This document shows positions 11,372 to 23,935 of a DNA stretch of 64,000 nt, piece after piece. Under the pieces are notes generated by a model. The model was not told where the DNA came from. It saw only the letters and a list, made by a program, of their open reading frames with translations, and did not search any database. A program made the translations under genes and the position numbers. Position 1 is the first letter of the stretch. Each line of letters begins with the position of its first letter. The stretch is from Phoronis australis (lineage: Eukaryota > Animalia > Phoronida), in contig NMRA01000920.1 of assembly GCA_002633005.1 (NCBI GenBank), forward strand, positions 5,974-69,973, given 5' to 3'.

Positions 11372-12335
11372 ATGGCAGACGACATTGAAGTACCCGGTGA
11401 GTTTAAATGTCATTTTCTTCTTAAAATACAGTCTAGAGGCTACTTTGGTACTATTGCGACACACTGAAAAGCGCCAGAGCTTAGCCTTTGTTGTGGATCT
11501 GAAATGATACTTGGCTTTTGCTATTTTTTGAAATAGAGATCGCAGAATCCAATGCCTTTCAGTAAAATGCCTTGCGTCTCGTAAATTTGTCAAATTTCTA
11601 CTTGTTATTAGCAATTCCTGGGTTCTTCAGTAGAGACGTGTAACGCTTATAGTTAAGTCGTCCGTGGTGACACCTTTCTTAGTTAGAATTTGTGGAAAAA
11701 ATCGAGCTATCTACCGATACAAGCAGGTCCTTGTGTGAGACGGCGATCAGGAACGAAGCTGTTAATTCTCCATGGCGATCGTGAACTCAAAAAGTGCGAT
11801 CGTGAACGCCCATTTTTTTCTCTGCATTTTCCTGAATAATCGTTCAAGTTACGGTGTCATATCAATAATTGTGGAATAATACGACCATGAATTAGTTGAC
11901 GGGTCGATTGTGTGTTATACTTTCACCGTTTTTCATGATTTCTGTGTGAGATTTAGCCTAACAAATATGATTAAATGCGTTTGATTTTTCAGTTGAGCAG
12001 TAGCCACACGAGGAGTCCGTCAGAGTGTTAACGTACACGCCTTCAAAAAGAATAGCACAACTGCTGCATGTGACAAAGGGCTGTGTATGCATATATGTTT
12101 GTGGAGCTTCGTTCTGGAATCAACCTTTTTTGTATAACCACATGACAATAAAACACAATGACACTCAGCCGCAAGCAAGACCTTTACCAGCTCCGTGTTG
12201 CATGGGGCAAGATTTTTTTACCGCATAAGAAAACACTATATGAAGCATAGTGCTCAGGAACCAAGTTGATTCAGTGCCCTATCTGCGATCAATGTTTCAG
12301 GGAAAGAGTAAGCCTGAGGACACTCGTTGTTGTGA
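11372..12335 (+). pseudogene. Two-exon C2H2 zinc-finger gene remnant inside the CAC element
   Basis: Exon 1 11372-11396 (MADDIEVP, donor GTGAGT); acceptor tttttcag before 11993; CIYVCGASFWNQPFLYNHMTIKH and QCPICDQCFRERVSLRT; stops and frameshifts present. Confidence 0.65.
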
Positions 12336-13004
12336 ATGTGTCATGCAAAGAGTATGCCTCCTTCTACAGACATGAGAACCAGAATCGCAATGAATAAAAT
12401 TATTCAGGGCAGTAGTGAAAGTTGTTAAGTCACGAAACTTTATTCAGATTTACAGAGTTTATGGTTGGTAGTTGTCTGATGTGATACTATTTTGATGTTT
12501 TGTTTTGAACCTTTAACAGAACCAGTGCATTTTTGTATTGTTACATTTAAATGGCCTACTATGAGTCATTGGGTGATACATGCAAACAATTGTTATGAAC
12601 AATTAGTATTTTAACAGAAAATTATATGTCTGCCATAATTGTAGAAATTCTTTTCATATTGTTGTTGATTTAATGTGAGAGAATTTTGTACTATGAAACG
12701 GTCCGAAATAGAATGTCTATGATTCAGTGATGATTTAGTCTAACACATTCCAAAAATAATTCGCAGAAAATGTACACTGGATTTGTAATGTTGATTTCCC
12801 TAAAGCAATATTTTATATCTTTTTTCTGTATGACCAATTTTGAGGTATGTGTGATAAAAGGTTAATAATATTATAGAATTGCTTTAATGTTGTTATTGTT
12901 GTTGTTGATTTCTTGTGTAATCACTACATTGTGTCTTGAAGTGATGTTAAAGACAACATTTTAACTACGTTGTTATGAAAATCACAAAATAGTATGTGTA
13001 TTAT

Positions 13005-14255
13005 AACTCGTCGAACTCTTTTTCAATGTCACATTAAACTGGAGATCATGAACTGAAGATGCACTCAGGACCAAGACTACAAAACAGAAGAGTCAAGCAA
13101 AAGGTACTATATAATGTATATCCAAGCCACACATGTGCCACAAGTCAATCTGTTCATCTCTGTATCATAATATCAGTAAAACATGAAACAAAATACCACC
13201 CGTTTTATCAGCGAAACAGTTAACACCATTTCTGGCAATTTTTTAAATCCCAGATGTTCATGAGCGGTAATCTTTGAATCACATCACGAATGGTGTTGCC
13301 GCTCTCTTCTCGCTCTCCACAGGCGCGCTCATCATCATTCTTTGACTTCACTGGCGTATTTCTTTTTTTCCTTTTGCTATCACAATCTTGCAAGAAGATT
13401 CGACACTCGCTTTCATCTTCATCAACAATTTGTTTACTTCTGGCTTACACGCCACATGGAACAATTGCTGGGTGAGGCTTTGTTTAGAACCCCTTGATTT
13501 CGTCTAAAAGTATGTGTCTGTATTAAACAACACTGGTAGGGTGTACTTTCACGCCCTGATTAACCTGTTCGTTGAAGCTCGCCTCACAATAATAGCAGTG
13601 AACTTGTTTCCTGAAATGAAAATAAATTCATTTGTGAAAATAGCTATAACTAAAATAGTGCTTGATGTACATGTAGTCGCTGTGATTTAATGCTAATGCT
13701 ATGATATTGTTTAGTATACGAAAGTAACAGAGTAATGACGCAAAATGCGATTAACTCATTGCACCACACTTATTTTGTAACTCTTTTCACGTTTTATAAG
13801 TAAACAGTTCATAACAGTTCGGCACACCACGATGAGTTCTCGATCGCATAAACAAACAAAAATCTGCGTTTCCGATCGCTTATCTTTGCGTTCTCGATCG
13901 CATCTTTCAATAGAAAAGTGTCGAAAAATCTGAGATCCTAACAAAATTACGAAAAACAAGCGTTACGTTATACTTTCACAAGTCATTTCTTCATAACTTC
14001 ATGGTCAATTTATTGATTTAGTGCCAAAAACAACCGCAATTTGCCAAAATGACATGCAAAGCACCTTTGACTCAAGGGATGCCCCGTTTAACGTTACTTT
14101 TCTGCAATATTTGGAATAGACTCTAGCCTAAACCTCTACCTGCCCTTCTTCAATGTGTTACGCCTTGAACTCATGCCTCTGTTTTCACATTGAAAGTTTA
14201 AAAACAACGTAAATTTATCAAATTTACTCACCTTGCCTGGCTTCGCTTCTCGCAA
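13005..14255 (-). pseudogene. Two-exon Cys-rich gene remnant (possible RAG1/Chapaev-type N-terminal zinc finger plus RING)
   Basis: Donor AAG|GTGAGT at 14232/14231 and acceptor ttcatttcag above 13610. KQVHCYYC...VHPTSV...PHP, a charged linker, then frameshifted CFM..TDIM..LTCG/HMCG..GPEC..DLQFNVTL. Heavily decayed. Confidence 0.4.
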
Positions 14256-16739
14256 TAAATTTCTCGTTTTCGATCGCTTTCCGGTCGTTCCCGATCGCGG
14301 GTTTGCCGGGGTGTGATGGGGCTATCAAATACTTTGCGCTGACAATTGCGGAAGGCAGCGGCTGCCACCACGTGTACACAAGTAGTAGACGGATGGAGTT
14401 TTAGGTTATACAACGCGCCCTAACGAAGCTACCACACCTATGCCTGGAGAACCACACCATAATCTTTGCCATCGATGACTCAATGAAAGTTCAGCTTGGA
14501 AATCTCCCAGCCAACTGGGTGTCTTCCAATCACGCCACCCTCATCATACAGTGATCTAGTCTTTCGTACCTGGCCACGCCGATGTCTTGATTAGTGAGTG
14601 TGCAGATTACTCATGCACCACCAAACAACCCCTCTTCTTATACTTGGCTGATGTTAAGCTGCTGGCTCACCGACGCACCTTCGAGCAGACTTCGTCCCAA
14701 CTGGCTGAGTTCAACGATGGTAGCCGACTGCTCGAAGCGGTTATTACTTATGACCATGCTGCTAAAAGTCATAACAAGAGCCGTGCCCGAGTGTTGTTCA
14801 ATCAGATGCTGACTCTGAGGCAACGTTAGCCCTGGAGTTCTACACCTCCTGCTATCACGCGGATGGTCTGGGGAAGGAATCAATGCACCAGCATATGCCC
14901 ACCACGTAACGGGACACTGATATGAAACCCAAGAACGAAATGAATAACAGTTGAAGTGCATCGTGAGATCAAAACAGAGAAATTTTAAATTACCTATCAA
15001 GTTAAGGAATTTGAGTGAGCATTTATCTCTTTTCCCAACTTGCTGTGTTCGTAAACACAAAGTCACAGAGGCGTGAGGTGACTCGTACATTCGCTCTCAA
15101 TTTGGACGTATGCACTCAGACACACAACTCCCTCATGTACATGTACTTTATTTCCATTTCTGTTGAGCAAGGATTCGATTACATCCAAAAATTTCAGTTG
15201 ATCCCTTATTGTTGTTTCATTTTCATACTATTCTACGTTTCTGCAAACTATAGTATCCTTTAAACGATCTGGATTACCTTATTTAGTTTCAGATTTAATT
15301 TCTATCTAATTTATTTACCAGAAAACTCTTACCTGAAAGTTTCGGATAGGTAGTTGGAGTAATTAGTTAACTGAGTCATATTTTTGTAAAAGTCACTGCA
15401 TCCTGAAGTGTTACTGAAGAATGTAATTGTACATAACGACACAAAAGGTCCAGTTAATATATGAAGATATATAATTTGGATGAATGCTTGACTTCATTCT
15501 TCACAACATCGGTGGAGGATTCATATTCTAAAATGTTTGTTGTTATCCGACAGCAATCTTTTGAATGAATGAAACTATTTTCCTACTCGTTTAATTAATC
15601 ATTTATATAACCTCTCTGATCCAATTCCTTTTTATGTTACTATTACATGCAAATTAATTGACATGACTGATAATTAGTTGAACAATTAATCTGCCAAATT
15701 GTACATGAATGGGTTCATTACTACACTCTATTATTTTTCACATTTTAGTTACACTCTTGTTTCTTAGAATCCGGAAATATTTCTTAAACATGTCAGATAT
15801 GCAGATTGATAACTGTTTATGGAGTAAATACTGATCTTTTGGTGTTAGCACACTCGCAAACCATCAAAAGTTAATGACGACTTTCAAATTATATGACTCT
15901 TATGCAACTTGGTTGAAAAAACGGCGGAGTTGCAAAAAGTTTTAGTGAAAGTAGAGACGGTGACATTTTTCGTATTGCCCTAGTTATTATGATTAAATTT
16001 TGTCCAAGGTTCACGATTTTGGTATCGCATTAGAGACCACGTGGTGCTTGATCATGTTGATAAATTTTAGGGAAATTGCAAGCTTTCGGAATTATTGTAA
16101 CACGTCTGGCTTTATTTTACGCCTAACGGCTAAATGGCGGTAACACCCACGGCCGGTGTCGTGTCCAATAATGCATCCTGTCCAATAATGCATCCAGAGT
16201 GTCTGCGCATGCGCTAGTTTTTCGGCTTCCGGTTTTTGCGCAATAGTGCATCCAAGTAGTCCGCTGGTTATTCGACTTACTATAAAAGCATCATTTGTGC
16301 CGCTTATGTTGTTTATTTTGGAAAAAAGAGATAAAGGGTAATGTCACTGATGTGTGTGAGTATCTTTCAAAGAGTGTTGAGCTTGAATTATTTCTACATG
16401 TACAAATGTAGGAGATTTTGTTGGCTTGCACTGGCAGGGAAGCCTATGTGAGCTCGTCCTCGGCTTCTGATCGTCTCTAAATGGCTCTAATACACTATAT
16501 ACTGCAAGGTATGACATTCGGGACTACGAATTCCACTGGTACTTCACTTCAGCCCTGAGCTGAGACCCTGACCACCGTCTCTAGCTGACAAGAGACGGTG
16601 TACCTCCTGAGAGTTATAGGACAGAATTTTGGCAAACTATGCCTCACACTGACTAAAGGCAAAGCATCAAACTGACGTTGTTGTAAATACCTTTCCAGGT
16701 TTTTGGGCATGGTGGGACACCTTAGCCACTTTCGGGTGC

Positions 16740-18230
16740 TTTATCAGATGGGTGGACGCAATATTGTGCAATAACACACCTTTCTTCCACAGCCACTTCT
16801 GACTGCGTTATTCGATAGGTGGATGCACTATTGTGCAATAACACCTCTGTCCAATAATGCATCCACAGCCACTTCTGACTGCTTTATCAGATGGACGGAT
16901 GCACTATTGTGCAATAACACCTCTGTCCAATAGTGCATCCACGGCCACTTCTGATTGCTTTATTCGATAGACGGATGCACTATTGTGCAATAACACCTCT
17001 GTCCAATAATGCATCCACAGCCATTTCTGACTGCTTTATCAGATGGACGGATGCACTATTGTGCAATAACACCTCTGTCCAATAGTGCATCCACGGCCAC
17101 TTCTGATTGCTTTATTCGATAGACGGATGCACTATTGTGCAATAACACCTCTGCCCAATAATGCATCCACAGCCATTCCTGACTGCTTTATCCGATGGAC
17201 GGATGCACTATTGTGCAATAACACCTCTGTCCAATAGTGCATCCACGGCCACTTCTGACTGCGTTATTCGATAGGTGGATGCACTATTGTGCAATAACAC
17301 CTCTGTCCAATAATGCATCCACAGCCATTCCTGACTGCTTTATCCGATGGACGGATGCACTATTGTGCAATAACACCTCTGTCCAATAGTGCATCCACGG
17401 CCACTTCTGACTGCTTTATTCGATAGACGAATGCACTATTGTGCAATAACACCTCTGTCCAATAATGCATCCACAGCCATTCCTGACTGCTTTATCCGAT
17501 GGACGGATGCACTATTGTGCAATAACACCTCTGTCCAATAGTGCATCCACGGCCACTTCTGATTGCTTTATTCGATAGACGGATGCACTATCGTGCAATA
17601 ACACCTCTGTCCAATAATGCATCCACAGCCATTTCTGACTGCTTTATCAGATGGACGGATGCACTATTGTGCAATAACACCTCTGTCCAATAATGCATCC
17701 ACGGCCACTTCTGACTGCTTTATCAGATAGACGGATGCACTATTGTGCGATAACACCTCTGTCCAATAGTGCATCCACGGCCATTTCTGACTGCTTTATC
17801 AGATGGACGGATGCACTATTGTGCAATAACACCTCTGTCCAATAATGCATCCACAGCCATTTCTGACTGCTTTATCAGATGGACGGATGCACTATTGTGC
17901 AATAACACCTCTGTCTAATAATGCATCCACGGCCACTTCTGACTGCTTTATCCGATGGACGGATGCACTATTGTGCAATAACACCTCTGTCCAATAGTGC
18001 ATCCACGGCCACTTCTGACTGCTTTATTCGATAGACGGATGCACTAATGTGCAATAACACCTCTGTCCAATAATGCATCCACAGCCATTTCTGACTGCTT
18101 TATCAGATGGACGGATGCACTATTGTGCAGTAACACCTTTGTCTAATAATGCATCCACGGCCACTTCTGACTGCTTTATTCGATAGACGGATGCACTATT
18201 GTTCAATACCATCTCTGTCCAATAGTGCAA
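16740..18230 (+). repeat. 76-bp tandem array, ~19-20 units (left arm)
   Basis: GCACTATTGTGCAATAACAC recurs at 16825, 16901 and 16977 (period 76); two variants largely alternate. Confidence 0.95.
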
Positions 18231-18866
18231 TAGTTTTTTGCCTCCAATCACCTAGTTTACTACTTATAATAAATGATAATAGGTAATGAACACAACAGTT
18301 CAGTTCTAACTTTGATAGTAATATTGAAGTTCAGGGTGAACAAATTTTTATCTGAAAAAAGGGGTGAGAGTTGATATGTCTAGCTGTAGTTGAACTTCAA
18401 TTTTTTAATAAACATTTTATTTTCAGATGGCAGAGACCTCAGGTGCAATGCATAAACGACATCTTAGATGGAGACACTGGGTGCTGTGGTGCTGGCGGGG
18501 TTGGTAAATGCCAAGTCTACAACTATGTGCATGGTAAACATAGGCCATTCAAGATGGACAAACATGAATTAACTGAACAATTACGAACAATGTTGTCAAA
18601 CTCAATAATGCTTCCACGACAGTACCAATATTGCACAAATTTCTTCTGCAATGGTTCTGAAACTTATCTAAAGTTATAGTTCAGCTTCAATTTAAAGAAT
18701 TCTGTACATATGCAAAAAAATAACGTCATTTGTCGTATATGTTAATGAATTTACACATTGATTAATACTGTTTTGTTGTCTTTCATTACACTCCTGACAT
18801 CACTGAAAACTAAGCTGAATTGCAGACTTCGTGAGCGACAACAAAAACAATGTGCATCGTCAGTCA

Positions 18867-19692
18867 ACTTAAAAGACAGCTGTTTTTGTCATCTAGATTT
18901 TCAGTAGACACTATGAAAATGTTGTGTGCCAAATTTCATAGTTGTGGTCTTAATATTGTAGATTTTGGAAGCAATTTTGCTTTGACTTTGCGTAAGAATT
19001 GGTGAGAATTTCATGTTTAGCCTGAGTTATGCTAGCTTTTTGGCTCTCATAGTCAGCCAAGTTTAAAGACAATTGTTTTTGTCTTGTAGATTTTCATTAG
19101 ACACTATGAATATGTTGTGTGCCAAATTTCATGGTTGTGCTCTTAATATTGTAGATTTTGGAAGCGATTTTGCTTTGACTTTGCGTAAGAATTGGTGAGA
19201 ATTTCATGTTTGGCCTGAGTTATGCTAGCTTTTTGGCTCTCATAGTCAGCCAAGTTTAAAGACAATAATTTTTGTCTTCTAGATTTTCATTAGACACTTT
19301 GAATATATTGTGTGCCAAAGTTCATGGTTGTGCTCTTAATATTGTAGATTTTGGAAGCGATTTTGCTTTGACTTTGCGTAAGAATTGGTGAGAATTTCAT
19401 TTTTGGCCTGACTTATGCTAGTTTTTTGGCTCTCACCGTCAGCCAAGTTTATAGACAATTGTTTTTGTCTTCTAGATTTTCATTAGACACTATGAATATG
19501 TTGTGTGCCAAATTTCATAGTTGTGCTCTTAATATTGTAGATTTTGGAAGCGATTTTGCTTTGACTTTGCGTAAGAATTGGTGAGAATTTCATGTTTGGC
19601 CTGAGTTATGCTAGCTTTTTGGCTCTCATAGTCAGCCAAGTTTAAAGACAATAATTTTTGTCTTCTAGATTTTCATTAGACACTTTGAATAT
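18867..19692 (+). repeat. 193-bp tandem array, >4 units, running into the gap (left arm)
   Basis: GACACT(A/T)TGAA recurs at 18907, 19100, 19293, 19486 and 19679. Confidence 0.95.
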
Positions 19693-20343
19693 NNNNNNNN
19701 NNNNNNNNNNNNNNNNNNNNNNNNNNNNNNNNNNNNNNNNNNNNNNNNNNNNNNNNNNNNNNNNNNNNNNNNNNNNNNNNNNNNNNNNNNNNNNNNNNNN
19801 NNNNNNNNNNNNNNNNNNNNNNNNNNNNNNNNNNNNNNNNNNNNNNNNNNNNNNNNNNNNNNNNNNNNNNNNNNNNNNNNNNNNNNNNNNNNNNNNNNNN
19901 NNNNNNNNNNNNNNNNNNNNNNNNNNNNNNNNNNNNNNNNNNNNNNNNNNNNNNNNNNNNNNNNNNNNNNNNNNNNNNNNNNNNNNNNNNNNNNNNNNNN
20001 NNNNNNNNNNNNNNNNNNNNNNNNNNNNNNNNNNNNNNNNNNNNNNNNNNNNNNNNNNNNNNNNNNNNNNNNNNNNNNNNNNNNNNNNNNNNNNNNNNNN
20101 NNNNNNNNNNNNNNNNNNNNNNNNNNNNNNNNNNNNNNNNNNNNNNNNNNNNNNNNNNNNNNNNNNNNNNNNNNNNNNNNNNNNNNNNNNNNNNNNNNNN
20201 NNNNNNNNNNNNNNNNNNNNNNNNNNNNNNNNNNNNNNNNNNNNNNNNNNNNNNNNNNNNNNNNNNNNNNNNNNNNNNNNNNNNNNNNNNNNNNNNNNNN
20301 NNNNNNNNNNNNNNNNNNNNNNNNNNNNNNNNNNNNNNNNNNN
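19693..20343. other. Assembly gap (651 N)
   Basis: Run of n. Confidence 1.
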
Positions 20344-21087
20344 TTTATTGACAACACATACCATTTTGATGACGATTTGCAAGTAACGAAGACATCAAAA
20401 CAAAATTGTCAAATTAGATACTTATACCCTACCTATCTTGACTCTGCGCTTAATGCAGGCATCAAACTACCTGTATGTAAAATTCCTTCTTAGCACTTCA
20501 CTTATTCTTTTGAAAGGAGCATAATAAAGTTTATCTTATCTTTATAGCACTTTTCATACAAAGTTTTCGATTTTGCTAATTGGGAGGGGCTATCATCAAA
20601 CTAGCAAGAGTAAAACAATTGGATGGCGGTGACAGAAGATTTTCAGTCTGCATAACCTCTTTAGCTGGCTAAAAGCTAATATAGAATTGTTTGGTTTAAT
20701 CCCATGTATTCTTATTTCACAGAGGTTTAAGTAACTTACAAACATTTTCGAATAAGGTATGTAAGGATTCTCTCTGAAGCAAGATCGCCACTCAAGATTT
20801 CGAGGTTCCTGTTGGCAGCGTTACCACAAAGAAATGTTGTCATAATTCAATTTTCGTATTTTAGCCAGCGACATAACGGGAACATCCAGTTGTAAAATGA
20901 TGTAAGTCACTGCTTTTTATTTTTTTCATTTAGTCATATAGCCCATACTGGGCCTGAGGATCTTTTCAAGTTCATATATAACGTCGGCTCAGTTGCGCGA
21001 TTAGCAGTTGCGATGTACATTGTGTGTGTTACATTGAAGATTTTACGGAGAAATGTAAGAAGGGCGTAACCAAGCATTTGCAGCAAG

Positions 21088-21347
21088 TGTAATCAAGTGT
21101 CTACCATTCTTGTGTCCTCTGTCCTGTACAGGTAAAACCTGGCAGGACACGACAAGAAAGCAGATTAATTGAATACATTGCTGCGAGAGACATTCGAACA
21201 TTCTCCCAATGTAATGTTTTGGTGTCATCGGCGATTTCGGAACAATCGCAAGCTCATCGTGACCAAGTGCATCTGAATGATCAAGGTCTTCGATTGTATC
21301 GGTCATTAAAGTGCGCCATCGTGCATGCTATAAATATGGCAAGAAAG
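21088..21347 (+). pseudogene. SGNH/GDSL-hydrolase-like domain remnant
   Basis: VSTILVSSVLYR*...LNTLLRETFEHSPNVMFWCHRRF / HRDQVHLNDQGLRLYRSLKCAI; DxxH block V-like motif. Confidence 0.55.
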
Positions 21348-23009
21348 AAACCCCAAGGCCCTTTTCAGGGCCACTACATATTCCCAAAGGAACTGTTCAC
21401 TTTTTTGAGCATTTTATCTTCACTTTAACTGATCTCATTAATTGCATTACGATGCCAAGACGCCCGTGAAATATGGCAAAAACCAAATGTCTTAAAGTTT
21501 ATTGAAATTTGTGAAGCAATACATATGTATATTCCTCATTCCTCTTAATGTGTAAATCTGTAGCTGTAGTTGAAAAGTGATGGGGTGCGATTTTCTTTTT
21601 GGTTATTTTCAAAAACAAGATGTATGAGATTTACAACAAAGGCCTTTCTTAATCGTTAACCTTACGTGTTGGCAAGTCATTGTGCGTGGATGCGTTTGTG
21701 TTAAAATAATCGTCAGCTTTGTTACTGATGCGGGCGTGCACTTTTTCTTGTTCCTGTATGAACATCGATAAGAAAACATTGAAAATTTCGCCCGTTATAT
21801 GCTAAAATAGTGCGGCGATGCGGGTTTCACTAGTTTGCATTAACAGAGAAGCGCAAGGTTCAAAATGATGCGAGCGTGGACCACAACCATTTTTTCAAAA
21901 TTTCTGGCGTATCTTTAAGTCATGCAAAGAGCGCAGACCAGAACCAATATAATTTGCGACGTTAGGCTTTACTGTAACTTCTTGAAAAGACCTAGATGCG
22001 ACGAATTGCCTTGAGACGAAATTGCAATCACGCCGATACGCAACTGAACAATGCCAAACAGAAAAATCCGACTTGGAGATTTTAGGAATCAAAGTTCCAT
22101 TTCTTGCAATGAATGACTTGAGCAGGAGTTATGAATTAGCTACATTTCTTCTCAAAGTGAATACTGTTACTATGTTATCATTTTAAGGTTCCTGTACAAG
22201 ACTGAAGAAGCGTTTTCGTGAACACAGCAACACGATTGCTTACATTTCACAAGTTACCATTATCAAGAAATTTTCGGATTTCCACATTGGAACCTAAAAA
22301 GTTGTTTCGTTGACTACTAAGATAAAGTCGCAAACCTGAAAGTCGTACTAACGTGAAGGTGTAATAAACACTGTTCAATTACTACTAAATATACAATTTT
22401 TGGAAACAGTTGTTATTTTTCAGACGTCCTGGTTTGCAGAAAATGAACACCTATTTCCCAAAAGCTACTACAACTGTCTGGGGCAAGTATCCCGCAAAAA
22501 GCCAACTCAAGTAATGTTAAGTTATTTTACAGTGAAACTTGCGTTCTACAGATTTTACCTGGCGCAATTATCGTACTTTCAATTTCGTCTTTCTCAAGAT
22601 ACCGATGGCACTGTAAAGTAGTAGTACAAGCAACGCTGTGCAATATCTTACAAGGGATGCGGACAAAGTTTTCAGCGCCTTTAATTGACGATCATTTATC
22701 AAAAATGCTGCCAACTTCAGTGAAGATCTGCTGTGGGTGCAACGCCTTTGATGACTTGGAAATTCCTTTTGTCAGTGGAGCGGCACGAAATAACGCTGTA
22801 TCAAAGGAAGATCAACAGGCTTTATTTAGCACCCAAAATAAGCTGCGCCCCCAATTTCACACCCGATCTTATTTGCCTCGTGGTGTTGCTTTCCCTGTCT
22901 GTTTTGCAATTGGCTGATTGAAGTTAACTGAGTGGTCCAATTAAAAAGTCTGGTGACTGTCAGAGCACGTAATATTCGTATTTAAGTTTACACTGTCTGG
23001 ATAAGCCAT

Positions 23010-23935
23010 GTCTTAACTGACTATGAGAGCATACACAATATCAAGAGCACAATCATGAAATTAAGCACACAACATATTTATAGTGTCTAATGAAAATTTA
23101 GAAGACAACAACAATTGTCTTTAAACTTGGCTGACTATGAGAGCCAAAAAGCTAGCATAACTCAGGCCAAACATGAAATTCTCGCTCATTCTTATGCAAA
23201 GTCAAAGCAAAATCGCTTCCAAAATCTACAAAATCAAGAGCACAACTATGAAATTTGGCACACATCATATTTATAGTGTCTAATGAAAATCTAAAAGACA
23301 ACAACAATTGTCTTTAAACTTGGCTGACTATGAGAGCCAAAAAGCTAGCATAACTCAGGCCACACATGAAATTCTTGCTCATTCTTATGCAAAGTCAACG
23401 CAAAATCGCTTCCAAAATCTACAAAATCAAGAGCACAATCATGAAATTTTGCCCACAACATATTAATAGTGTCTAATGAAAATCTAGAAGACAACAACAA
23501 TTGTCCTTAAACTTGGCTAACTATGAGAGCCAAAAAGCTAGCATGACTCAGGCCAAACATGAAATTCTCACCAATTCTTACGCAAAGTCAAAAAAAATCG
23601 CTTCCGAAATCTACAATATTAAGAGCACAACCATGAAATTTGGCACACAACATATTCATAGTGTCTAATGAAAGCCTAGAAGACAAAAACAATTGTCTTT
23701 AAACTTGGCTGACTATGAGAGCCAAAAAGCTGGCATAACTCAGGCCAAACATGAAATTCTCGACCATTCTCAAAGCAAAATCGCTTCCATAATCTACAAT
23801 ATCAAGAGCACGACCATGAAATTTGGTACACAACATATTCATAGTGTCTCATGAAATCTAGAAGACAAAAACAATTGTCTTTAAACTTGGCTGACTATGA
23901 GAGCCAAAATACTAGCATAACTCACGCCAAACATG
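23010..23935 (-). repeat. 193-bp tandem array, ~4.7 units (right arm, inverted)
   Basis: Reverse complement of the 18867-19692 unit (AAACTTGGCTGACTATGAGAGCCAAAAAGCTAGCATAACTCAGGC). Confidence 0.95.

Larger units (their letters stand above)
11307..14313. mobile_element. CAC...GTG DNA transposon derivative with 5-bp TSD TGATG (Transib/RAG/Chapaev-like termini)
   Basis: tgatg|CACCCCGGCCAACCCGCGATCG...CGATCGCGGGTTTGCCGGGGTG|tgatg, with a subterminal GCGATCGNGAAC motif repeated in inverted orientation at both ends. Confidence 0.85.
11050..14900 (+). pseudogene. RNase H-containing non-LTR retrotransposon 3' fragment (I-group, Ingi/Nimb-like), split by the insertion at 11307-14313
   Basis: IVATDGSFD (~11257) joins across the insertion to WGYQI, then EGSGCHHVYTSSRRME..AL, IIFAID and FVPGHADVLISECAD; these are the RNase HI motifs in order. 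Confidence 0.8.

Noticed and set aside
16740-18230. CRISPR-like appearance of the regular hairpin-containing array
   Set aside because: No unique spacers and no cas genes; the whole 76-bp unit repeats, in a eukaryotic context.
19642-20386. Long ORFs of 230-246 aa
   Set aside because: Artefacts of translating the N gap.
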